Notes: generated from the letters alone by a model not told the origin. Shown: positions 18,090 through 26,320, counted from the first letter of the stretch. The stretch is DNA of 61,860 nt from Candidatus Thorarchaeota archaeon (GCA_016839275.1 JAEOUM010000117.1:1-61860), one strand, 5' to 3'. Numbers and translations are program-made.

Positions 18090-18211
18090 TATCAATAGGT
18101 TGTCTAAAAGTATAGATTCCGGTAAGTATAAATAGCTGTTTCGAAAGCTGATTTTTATCTCCATTTTTATCATCATATGATCTGTCGCTGAGAAGCACCC
18201 CATTTTTTGTT

Positions 18212-18234
18212 GTTCCAGTGGAAATGAAGGGGTG
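18212..18234 (+). promoter_or_regulatory. Origin recognition box (ORB), right
   Basis: GTTCCAGTGGAAATGAAGGGGTG: TCCAGTGGAAA core plus GGGG tract, a near-textbook archaeal ORB. Confidence 0.7.
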
Positions 18235-18289
18235 TTATCCAGATAATCTTTAGACCCCATCCAGGCAGCTATGGACATTAGACTAACTA

Positions 18290-18301
18290 GAACACGTGTT
18301 C
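18290..18301. promoter_or_regulatory. Perfect 12-bp palindrome GAACACGTGTTC (copy 3)
   Basis: Read directly. It lies on the far side of the ORB pair from copies 1 and 2. Confidence 0.6.
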
Positions 18302-18393
18302 CAAATGTCCGCCAAAGTACTGATATTAAGTGGTTCAACATCAAATCGGTTTGAAGATTAACCCATAGATCCATTGGATATTTACTCTAGGGA

Positions 18394-19722
18394 CTATTTT
18401 CTCTTTAGACATTCAAAGATAATGAAGTGTGGCCATCGATCTGCATCGAATGCTAAGAAATCTGGATGATTCTGAATATCTTCTATTGATGGCTGAGGTT
18501 CTCGGATTTCAGATATAACAAGACCTGCATCTTTCAATGCTTTACTATAATCCGCCAAAGTGCGTATGAATTGCCATGTTGGTGTCCCAAACCAGCTTGT
18601 CAACTCTCCACCAGTTTCAAAATATCGATCAATCAACTTAATATATCTCTCTTCATTTCTCCTCGAATCTCGAGGAAACTTGAAGTCCCCCGCAGTACAA
18701 GACCGACCAAAGACAGGATGCACATTTGACCAGATGAACCTTCCATCATCCTTCAGTACTCTGGCAATTTCTTTGAATGCATTCTTATAGTCTAGAACAT
18801 CAACCATCACAACATTTGAAACGACGACATCAAATGACTGGTTCTCAAACATACTCATCTCTGTCAGTGAACCTTCTAAAAATTTGCATCCTAGTTTCTT
18901 TTCAGATTCAATCTTCTTACAGTACTCGATGAACGGACCTGAGAAATCAATACCTATCGCTTTAGCTCCTTTTGAAGCAAGAACTCTTGTCAGATATCCA
19001 TTACCGCATCCAGCATCTAGAACTGCTAGTTTATCTACATCACCAAGGAGATTCCAAAGGGCTGGATCAATGATATACTTACGATTTGGGTCTCCACTCA
19101 TGTCCTCTCCATGAGCATTAATCCAAGTTTCACTGTTCTCACTCCACGCGACGCCCTGATCAGACAAATCGATTTCATCCTCAGGAATTCCATATTTGAG
19201 AATCCTGTGCGGCCCAAGTTCATCTCGAAGTTGCATGAGTCGATTAGGAAGTTTGAGAGCTTCCGTGATTTCTATCTCTTTGCCTTCTCTCTGTTCACTA
19301 GGCTTCCACTCAGGTTTCCAAGGTCGCTCAGATTCAACATTAAAGATGATATCTCGATTACCTAATTGCCACGGATGTTTGCCTTGAAACTCTGCGTATA
19401 GGAGATCATAATGATGTTCTCCACAATCGTCACAATAGAAATCATAGGCATATGTCCGATCCCAGAATGCGACTGGTTTCATGGCGGGTTCATTGCAATT
19501 TCCACAGATTAGTTGCTTGCTTTTCGGACACCAGTAGAACCAGCTAAAGTGGCGTTCCTCTCCACATATCGAACAGGTGAATCTTGCATGCCATGCACAA
19601 CGAAAGACATAGGTTTCAAAGGTGTAAGTGCCTTCGCGAGTTGGGTATCCTTTCTCGCCAGTTCCTGTAATTCTCTTGCAGTAATAGCATGGCTGTTTTT
19701 CGGATGGTTCATAGAAGCGCAT
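18394..19722 (-). CDS. Class I SAM-dependent methyltransferase with a Cys-rich (multi-zinc-ribbon) N-terminal domain
   Basis: The N-terminal ~110 aa carry CxxC pairs (CYYC, CSIC, CGNC, CDDC). Motif I VLDAGCGNGYL and post-I IGIDFS. Confidence 0.7.
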   Translation of the reverse strand: MRFYEPSEKQPCYYCKRITGTGEKGYPTREGTYTFETYVFRCAWHARFTCSICGEERHFSWFYWCPKSKQLICGNCNEPAMKPVAFWDRTYAYDFYCDDCGEHHYDLLYAEFQGKHPWQLGNRDIIFNVESERPWKPEWKPSEQREGKEIEITEALKLPNRLMQLRDELGPHRILKYGIPEDEIDLSDQGVAWSENSETWINAHGEDMSGDPNRKYIIDPALWNLLGDVDKLAVLDAGCGNGYLTRVLASKGAKAIGIDFSGPFIEYCKKIESEKKLGCKFLEGSLTEMSMFENQSFDVVVSNVVMVDVLDYKNAFKEIARVLKDDGRFIWSNVHPVFGRSCTAGDFKFPRDSRRNEERYIKLIDRYFETGGELTSWFGTPTWQFIRTLADYSKALKDAGLVISEIREPQPSIEDIQNHPDFLAFDADRWPHFIIFECLKRK

Positions 19723-19806
19723 ATTGCGCTTATTCTGTATCTCTCTAATCTAAGTTTCCATGTCTCTTTGATCATGACGAAGAGCCGCTATGGTTCCTCA
19801 CAGTAA

Positions 19807-20094
19807 TCATACTTCCCTGATTATCTCATAGACCCTGAATTTCAGAATATCTTGATACATCGAAAATAAACTATCAAATAACGTTCGATATTCATCCGGA
19901 ACGATAATTGCTGAGTCTGCCACAGCTTCAGCTCCAAGACATTCATCTAGGAGACCTAGCTTTCGTTTCTCCTTGATCTCTGACTTCGTTCTCCAAGTGT
20001 ATGTATATCCATAGAGCTCCTTGGTGAATGCCACACGACGCGCATTGCTTTGTCTTGCATGTCGACAATCATAGAGATAGAGATACGAGACCAT
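19807..20094 (-). CDS. Hypothetical small protein (about 95 aa from ATG 20092-20094)
   Basis: ORF only. The ORF-track GTG start (20121) lies inside palindrome copy 4. Confidence 0.35.
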   Translation of the reverse strand: MVSYLYLYDCRHARQSNARRVAFTKELYGYTYTWRTKSEIKEKRKLGLLDECLGAEAVADSAIIVPDEYRTLFDSLFSMYQDILKFRVYEIIREV

Positions 20095-20115
20095 TATGCT
20101 CAAACTCAAACCACA

Positions 20116-20127
20116 GAACACATGTTC
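20116..20127. promoter_or_regulatory. Near-palindrome GAACACATGTTC (copy 4, one mismatch)
   Basis: Read directly. About 120 nt upstream of the LKR-like gene. A GTAATACA octamer follows at 20143-20150. Confidence 0.45.
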
Positions 20128-20247
20128 CGATTTTCAACTTGTGTAATACACCTAATCCATTGTACAGAGGGAAAAGGTTAAGCGTAGGAGACCAGGCTCT
20201 CCGCCCTGAGCGTAACTTCAGGCATGACTTGACTCGGAGGATGCTAC

Positions 20248-21567
20248 ATGAACCGCATTGGTCTGCGCAAAGAAGAGAAAGCTTTCGAAGCCAGGGTCCC
20301 CCTAATTCCTGAACATGTCAAATTGCTACGAGATCAACATCATATTGACTTTTTTGTAGAGCCTAACAAACAACGTGCTTTCTCAGAGAGTGAGTTTGAG
20401 AAGGTCGGCGCAACCATCATCCCCTTGAAAGGTAGTGGTTCCCAAGTGGTTTTTGGCATTAAAGAGATGCCAATAGGTTTCTTTGAAAGAGATGTGGTCT
20501 ATGTATTCTTTAGTCACACAATCAAGGGTCAAAAATACAATATGCCTATGCTTCGAAACATACTTGACGCAGGTGCAACACTGATTGATTATGAGCGTGT
20601 TGTAGATGAAAAGGGAAGACGTCTAATCTTCTTTGGTAACTGGGCCGGGATGGCTGGTATCTCTGATACTTTTCATGTGCTTGGAGAGCGGCTAGAGATA
20701 GAAGGCATTACTCCCAACCCATTTGCTGGAATGAGGTCGACACTAGAACTGAAGAGTTTGGATGCAGTCAAAGATGAGTTTAGATCCTTAGGGAAACGTA
20801 TCAGTGAACAAGGACTTCCTAAAGAGCTCACTCCTTTTGTTGTTGGATTTGCTGGCTATGGTAATGTATCCCGAGGAGCTCAAGAAATTTTCGATATTCT
20901 GCCCCATAAAGTGGTAGAGCCAGAGAACCTTCCTATTCTCGAACCCGAAGAAAATGCATTGTACAAGTGTGTCTTCAAGGAAGAACACATGGTTGAGCCA
21001 AAAGACCCGTTAGCTACGTTCAGCCTTCAAGACTATTACAAAACAGGAAAGGCAAACTACAGGGGTATATTCGAGAGTCATGTCCAATATCTCACAGTGC
21101 TGATGAACTGCATCTATTGGAGCGAAAAGTATCCAAGGCTAATATCAAAGAAATTCATCAGAGAACATTGGAATGAAGACAATCGAAAACTCCGTGTTGT
21201 GGGTGACATATCTTGTGACATTGGAGGCGCAATCGAATTTACTGTCAAATGTACAACACCAGGCAATCCTGCTTTCACTTATGTCATTAGCGAGGATAGA
21301 GCAGAGCCAGGAGTAAAAGAGAAAGGTCCAGTTGTCATGGCAGTTGATAACTTACCATGCGAGCTTCCGCGTGAATCATCAACATCATTTAGTGAAACAC
21401 TGGTTGGATTTATCCCGGTATTTGCAATGGCAGATTTCACAGTATCTTCCTTTGAGGACCTTAATCTACCAAGGGAAATCAAAGATGCTGTTATTGTGTA
21501 TCGAGGAAAATTAACAAAGAATTACGAGTATATTGAGGAATATCTTGTGGAGGACAAAATCAAATGA
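20248..21567 (+). CDS. Lysine-ketoglutarate reductase-like protein (saccharopine dehydrogenase, L-lysine-forming; eukaryotic AASS N-terminal-domain type)
   Basis: Strings shared with the LKR domain of eukaryotic AASS as I recall it: YVFFSHTIKGQ, LIDYERVVDEKGRRLIFFGNWAGMAG, GYGNVSRGAQEIF, MNCIYWSEKYPRL, GDISCDIGGAIEF, DNLPCELPRESS. Confidence 0.75.
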   Translation: MNRIGLRKEEKAFEARVPLIPEHVKLLRDQHHIDFFVEPNKQRAFSESEFEKVGATIIPLKGSGSQVVFGIKEMPIGFFERDVVYVFFSHTIKGQKYNMPMLRNILDAGATLIDYERVVDEKGRRLIFFGNWAGMAGISDTFHVLGERLEIEGITPNPFAGMRSTLELKSLDAVKDEFRSLGKRISEQGLPKELTPFVVGFAGYGNVSRGAQEIFDILPHKVVEPENLPILEPEENALYKCVFKEEHMVEPKDPLATFSLQDYYKTGKANYRGIFESHVQYLTVLMNCIYWSEKYPRLISKKFIREHWNEDNRKLRVVGDISCDIGGAIEFTVKCTTPGNPAFTYVISEDRAEPGVKEKGPVVMAVDNLPCELPRESSTSFSETLVGFIPVFAMADFTVSSFEDLNLPREIKDAVIVYRGKLTKNYEYIEEYLVEDKIK

Positions 21568-22880
21568 AGAAAGTGCTATGTCTTGGTGCGGGACTTGTAG
21601 CCCGACCATATATACAATATCTCAGTGAGAATGGCTTCCATGTTCTGGTTGCCAGCAGAACAATCGCTAAAGCTGAGCACTTGATTGAGGGCTGCAAAAA
21701 TACAGAAGCCATTGCTTTCAACATAGCTAAAGACGATAATCTTCTTGAGGAATTAACAACCAAAGTTGATCTAGTCTGTTCATTACTACCCTACACATAT
21801 CATGTCAAGGCCGCAAAGATTGCAATAAAACACAAGAAGCATTTCTGTACAACATCATACATCTCAAACGAGATGAAGGCTTTAGAGAAGGATGCTAAGA
21901 AAGCTGGAATCATACTTCTTAACGAGTGTGGTGTTGATCCAGGTATCGACCATATGAGTGCCATGCAAATCATAGATTACGTCCATCACAACGGAGGTAA
22001 AATCAAAAGCTTCACTTCATTTACAGGTGGACTTCCCGCCCCTGATTCAAACAATAACCCATACGGTTACAAACTATCATGGAGCCCTCGTGGAGTTCTG
22101 CTTGCGGGAAGGAATGATGCTCACTTCTTAAAAGATGGAAAAGAGATAACGATTCCTGGAGCTGACTTATTTCAAAATTACGAACTGATGGAGGTTCCAG
22201 GAATTGGCACCTTCGAGGGATACCCTAATCGTGATAGCATGTCTTACATTGATATCTATAACATTCCAGAAACGGAAACAATGCTTCGGGGTACTTATCG
22301 TAATATAGGTTGGTGTGAAACACTCGATAAGATTGCGGATCTTGGTCTACTTGATTTAGAGGAAAGGTTTCTGGACAATATGACATATGCTGATTTGATG
22401 AAAGAATTAACATCAGCAGGACCAGATGGCATCAGAAAAGCAGTTGCAAAGTTCTGTGGAATCGACAATAATCATCCAATCTTATCACGTCTTGAATGGC
22501 TCGGACTATTTGATGAAGTAATGATCCCTTCCGGTATCAACACAAGGCTTGATGCATTATGTCATCTTTTCGAGGACAAGCTACAATATGCTCCTGGTGA
22601 GCGTGACATGATAGTAATGCATCATGAATTCATAGTAGAGTATAAAGATAAGAAACAGAAAATCACATCCACTCTCATCGACTATGGAATTCCTCATGGT
22701 GACAGCTCAATGTCAAGAACAGTAGCATTACCAGTTGCTATTGCCAGTCGAATGATACTAAATGGGAAAATCAATCTCACAGGAGTCCACCGCCCAATTA
22801 TTCCTGAGATTTATGAACCAGTCCTTGAGGAGCTAGCGAGTCTGGATATAGCTCTTGAAGAGAAAACCATAGATCTATAG
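21564..22880 (+). CDS. Saccharopine dehydrogenase (L-glutamate-forming; eukaryotic AASS C-terminal-domain type)
   Basis: Rossmann KKVLCLGAGLVARP. Also LLPYTYHVKAAKIAI, GVDPGIDHMSAM, GGLPAPDSNNNPYGYKLSWSPRGVL, EGYPNRDS and ERDMIVMHHEF. The ATG overlaps the upstream stop (ATGA). Confidence 0.8.
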   Translation: MKKVLCLGAGLVARPYIQYLSENGFHVLVASRTIAKAEHLIEGCKNTEAIAFNIAKDDNLLEELTTKVDLVCSLLPYTYHVKAAKIAIKHKKHFCTTSYISNEMKALEKDAKKAGIILLNECGVDPGIDHMSAMQIIDYVHHNGGKIKSFTSFTGGLPAPDSNNNPYGYKLSWSPRGVLLAGRNDAHFLKDGKEITIPGADLFQNYELMEVPGIGTFEGYPNRDSMSYIDIYNIPETETMLRGTYRNIGWCETLDKIADLGLLDLEERFLDNMTYADLMKELTSAGPDGIRKAVAKFCGIDNNHPILSRLEWLGLFDEVMIPSGINTRLDALCHLFEDKLQYAPGERDMIVMHHEFIVEYKDKKQKITSTLIDYGIPHGDSSMSRTVALPVAIASRMILNGKINLTGVHRPIIPEIYEPVLEELASLDIALEEKTIDL

Positions 22881-22918
22881 AGTATCAAGATATCGAATAC
22901 AGAAGAGTATACACTCTG

Positions 22919-23590
22919 TTAGTCCCGGACACGCATCTGAATTGCTGCGAGGATTTCTTCCGCTCTGTCAGTTTCTTTCTGTACTTCTTTCAACTCAGTC
23001 TTGAGTCTGTAAGTGTACCCTGATCTATTCCCATAACGTTCTAGATGTCCTTTACCGTTATTCCACATCCGGGCTAAATACGTTGAAGCCGTGCTTTTAG
23101 GCAAATCCTCGCTGAATGAGTCTTCATAGATTTCGGCAACATCAAGCGATGAAAATTTCCCATGTTTGAAAGATGCATAGATAATAAGCTGCATCTTCTC
23201 AAAGTTACTCATCGAGTCAAAACGACTTTCATCGAATCCACTCTCTGATATTTCCTCAACAACTTCTTCAAATGTACAACCTGTACTCGTTTCTAAGAAT
23301 ACCTTAAACTTAGCAAACATTTCTTCTACACTACCGCCCTTCACCTGAAAACTAGACTCTTCTCCCATAGTTTCATCAGATACTACTATCTTGAAATCAA
23401 AGGGCGCCTCTGTGAGCGAGAGAATCTTACTAAATCTGTTGAGTGCTTCACTCGGATTCACATACTTGCATTGAAAAATCTCTCGGAGACCAGGAGCTGA
23501 GTAATAAGTAAATTCATAGACATAGTTGGTCCGGTCTCCATCACTCAATTTTATCACCACTAGAAGATACACACTAGATCTTCTATTCAT
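22919..23590 (-). CDS. Hypothetical protein with a C-terminal winged-helix-like DNA-binding segment
   Basis: SLDVAEIYEDSF...STYLARMWNNGKGHLERYGNRSGYTYRL resembles helix-turn-helix plus a beta wing. The N-terminal alpha/beta half is unassigned. Confidence 0.5.
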   Translation of the reverse strand: MNRRSSVYLLVVIKLSDGDRTNYVYEFTYYSAPGLREIFQCKYVNPSEALNRFSKILSLTEAPFDFKIVVSDETMGEESSFQVKGGSVEEMFAKFKVFLETSTGCTFEEVVEEISESGFDESRFDSMSNFEKMQLIIYASFKHGKFSSLDVAEIYEDSFSEDLPKSTASTYLARMWNNGKGHLERYGNRSGYTYRLKTELKEVQKETDRAEEILAAIQMRVRD

Positions 23591-23797
23591 TCACAACAAA
23601 TTATGCTCAAAGTCCAAATAAGTGTGAGTATGTGAATTGAATATACCAAGATAAGAGCTACATAGTGCGTCTGTTCACATTCAGAACACGTCCATCTCGT
23701 TTCTTATGTGCTCACGTCCTTTTCTTACTTCAAAATGGCAAAAAAGGGTTATGAATCCTTTATTGATGAAAATAAGAGAATTGTCCAACCTTTTTAT

Positions 23798-23826
23798 CAT
23801 TCACAGAAATATATGATATGTGAATG
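23798..23826. repeat. Inverted repeat CATTCACA-N13-TGTGAATG
   Basis: Read directly. Part of an array of at least 8 ATTCACA/TGTGAAT heptamers between 23589 and 24003. Confidence 0.5.
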
Positions 23827-23859
23827 AACCTCTAAGGTTTTCATATGTCCGATTACTCA

Positions 23860-23882
23860 GTTCCACAGGAAACGAAGGGGTG
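23860..23882 (+). promoter_or_regulatory. Third ORB-like element
   Basis: GTTCCACAGGAAACGAAGGGGTG matches the ORB at 18212-18234 at 20 of 23 positions, including the G-tract. Confidence 0.5.
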
Positions 23883-23980
23883 TGCCTATTCACAAGGATA
23901 AGAAGAGCTATAACTGCTTAATCGACTACAAAAAGCATCCAAAACGCTGTTTCTAATTATGGATTCACAATTATGGCGCC

Positions 23981-24003
23981 ATTCACACAAATTATGTGTG
24001 AAT
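23981..24003. repeat. Perfect inverted repeat ATTCACACA-AATTA-TGTGTGAAT
   Basis: Read directly. 9-bp arms. Confidence 0.55.
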
Positions 24004-24032
24004 TGCTGTTGATGAGGTAAGTCTGTGAAAAC

Positions 24033-25040
24033 TTAGATTGGCAGCAAATAGTCTGTCGAATCCTCTCCCAAAACAAGCTGTTGAAAACAATCTCCGGTAA
24101 CAGTATCAGTAACCCTTTCGAGACGTCCTTTTGCCATCGCAGACATTCCTTTTGTAACTTGTTCGGTGAATCGTCCTCGATAACTAACAAGTCTTTTGAG
24201 ATCTGTATTTTCTGACGATTCGACAGTATAGACACAGGGTGTAAAAATGGAGTCTGTGTCATCTTTGATGATGCAACAGGTTGTATAGTCATCTATCATC
24301 TCATACTGCATTCTTCCATAATACTCATCGATTTCTTCGGAGCGTCTGACCAGTCTAATGAAAAATTCATGTTCGTTAAAGAGACCCTGCAGAATTTTCC
24401 TACTCTCAATCTCCCTAAGCATATCATGATATCTAACCAATTCACCCCATCTAAAAGCTAAATGAGCATTCAAAAGATCTCCAGAATACTGTCTGACTCC
24501 TTTTATCTTATTGTAGTTATTAGACATATTATCATAGAATTTCCTACACGCCGCATCTCCATAGACAACTAGGTCGATATCCGACGTTGCTGTTGCTATA
24601 TCCAGAAGCTGTGATCCTGTTATACCAATATCAGACCATGATATCCCAGTCGACTGAACTAGATTTCTAACCAAACCATATGTTGCTTCTTGAAGATCAG
24701 TCTTCATTCCACGGTCATTTCTCATGCGAGATAAGTACTCTACTGGACTAAGAATTGAAACAATGTTCTCTCTTCCAACAGACTGTACGACTCTTCCATG
24801 GGCTTTACTAAACCATAGATACTCTGGGAAGTTAGATTTTAGATAGTCTTCTCTTTTTTTAATATCATAGATTTTCTGATAATTCGAATCTGATTTCGTC
24901 TTACTTTCTTCTGGCACATATCTCAAATAAGCTATGATACGGTCTTTTGGATGTATAACTCCTTTTACTTCAAAGACAAGGTTTTCGGAAGTGATGATAA
25001 AATAACCCTCAACAAGATTCTCAAATGACACATTCATCAT
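24033..25040 (-). CDS. Pol-beta-superfamily nucleotidyltransferase domain protein
   Basis: NTase signature GITGSQLLDIATATSDIDLVVYG. The N-terminal ~110 aa and the C-terminal domain are unassigned. Confidence 0.6.
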   Translation of the reverse strand: MMNVSFENLVEGYFIITSENLVFEVKGVIHPKDRIIAYLRYVPEESKTKSDSNYQKIYDIKKREDYLKSNFPEYLWFSKAHGRVVQSVGRENIVSILSPVEYLSRMRNDRGMKTDLQEATYGLVRNLVQSTGISWSDIGITGSQLLDIATATSDIDLVVYGDAACRKFYDNMSNNYNKIKGVRQYSGDLLNAHLAFRWGELVRYHDMLREIESRKILQGLFNEHEFFIRLVRRSEEIDEYYGRMQYEMIDDYTTCCIIKDDTDSIFTPCVYTVESSENTDLKRLVSYRGRFTEQVTKGMSAMAKGRLERVTDTVTGDCFQQLVLGEDSTDYLLPI

Positions 25041-25092
25041 TTACTGAGAGTATCGTATGGTATTAAAGCAGTTTACTCAACAGTTCTTTATC

Positions 25093-26307
25093 ATGGCAAG
25101 CAAAATGGATGTTAAATCAGATTTTGGTGTATATGATGAACTTCCCAATTTGGCATACTTTGATTCAGCAAGCACAACACTAGTTCCCAAGTCTTCTGTG
25201 AACGCAACTTCAAATTTCCTTAATTCAGTAGTTGCTTCTGCGAGACGGGGTGCGCACAAGCTTGCTGTAAAAGGAAATGATACTGTTGAAGCCACACGAC
25301 GGTCTCTGTCACAATTTCTCAAAACCGAACCAGCTTTTGTTTCATTTCAAAAATCAATACCCTCTGCGATTGCTTCATTTGTATACGGCTATGATTGGAA
25401 GCACAATAAGAAGAGCAAGATAATCATCTCTCAATCCGAAGAAAACTCTGTTTTTGTTTCAATATTACGTGCTGCAGAGGTTTTACACCTAGATGTTGAA
25501 ATTGCCTCAATAGAGGATGATGGTTCTGTTTCTCTAAGTTCGATTGATAGGTTGATTGATGATAAAACTGGAATTGTTGCTGTCGGTCATGTGATCCCTG
25601 GAATTGGAACAAGAAATGATGTTTCAGAGATTGCAGAAATCGTTCATTCTCATAATGCAGTTCTATTGACTGATACTACTAGATCCATGGGTCTAGTCGA
25701 TAATTCTCCTGTACATCTCGGAAGTGATATTCTTGTCTTTTCTGGGAACATTGGGCTGATGGGTCCTCCAGGATTGACGATTCAATGGATTAATCCATCA
25801 ATAGAAAGAAACCACATACCAGGAATTCTTGGAGGGTCCGCTGTTTCCAATGTCAAAGGAAAGAAATACGAAACGGCATTTCAACCTGACAAATTTGAGT
25901 CAGGTTTTCTTAATGTCCCAGCAATTGCTGGACTTAAGGCTTCAATTGAATACCTCACTAACCTACGCTCAAATGGTATGATTAACCATCTCGCTAATTT
26001 ATCCAACTATATGAGGAAACGATTGAAAGAGATTGATGGTTTAACTCTCTATGGTGCACCCAGTAATGAAACAACTATCTTTGGTTTCAATCTCGGGGAC
26101 CCTTCAGAGGTTGGATGTCATGATATTGCAATGTTTCTTGATGAATCAAATATAGCTGTCAGAAGCGGTCTTGTTTGTGCACACCCTCTCATACAATCAA
26201 TAACACACGATGGACTCATCCAAGTTTCTCTTCATGTATATAATTCAATAATTGATATCGAACATCTTGCTACTACTCTTACTACCATTTCAGAACAATT
26301 GCTGTAA
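25093..26307 (+). CDS. Class V aminotransferase / cysteine desulfurase-like protein with a degenerate PLP site
   Basis: SufS/CsdA-like layout (AYFDSASTTL, VRSGLVCAHPL). The SGHK lysine position reads SGNIG and the EHHAN position reads SEENS. ATG at 25093 is preferred. Confidence 0.65.
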   Translation: MASKMDVKSDFGVYDELPNLAYFDSASTTLVPKSSVNATSNFLNSVVASARRGAHKLAVKGNDTVEATRRSLSQFLKTEPAFVSFQKSIPSAIASFVYGYDWKHNKKSKIIISQSEENSVFVSILRAAEVLHLDVEIASIEDDGSVSLSSIDRLIDDKTGIVAVGHVIPGIGTRNDVSEIAEIVHSHNAVLLTDTTRSMGLVDNSPVHLGSDILVFSGNIGLMGPPGLTIQWINPSIERNHIPGILGGSAVSNVKGKKYETAFQPDKFESGFLNVPAIAGLKASIEYLTNLRSNGMINHLANLSNYMRKRLKEIDGLTLYGAPSNETTIFGFNLGDPSEVGCHDIAMFLDESNIAVRSGLVCAHPLIQSITHDGLIQVSLHVYNSIIDIEHLATTLTTISEQLL

Positions 26308-26320
26308 CTCTAGTTAGATG

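Larger units (their letters stand above)
18066..18234. other. oriC: Candidate chromosomal replication origin (ORB - AT-rich spacer - inverted ORB)
   Basis: Two facing ORBs lie about 125 bp apart. By hand count the spacer is about one-third G+C. It sits in a 441-bp gene-free interval. Confidence 0.6.

Noticed and set aside
17964-18374. A 136-aa minus-strand ORF filling the iorA upstream interval.
   Set aside because: It spans the ORBs, palindromes and AT-rich spacer, and its translation has no protein-like features. The interval is better explained as regulatory or origin DNA.
19807-20121. Possible Cas2-like small protein (a YLYLYDC beta-strand start resembling the Cas2 VVYDV motif).
   Set aside because: The resemblance is limited to one short strand. 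There is no cas1, other cas genes or CRISPR array in the window.
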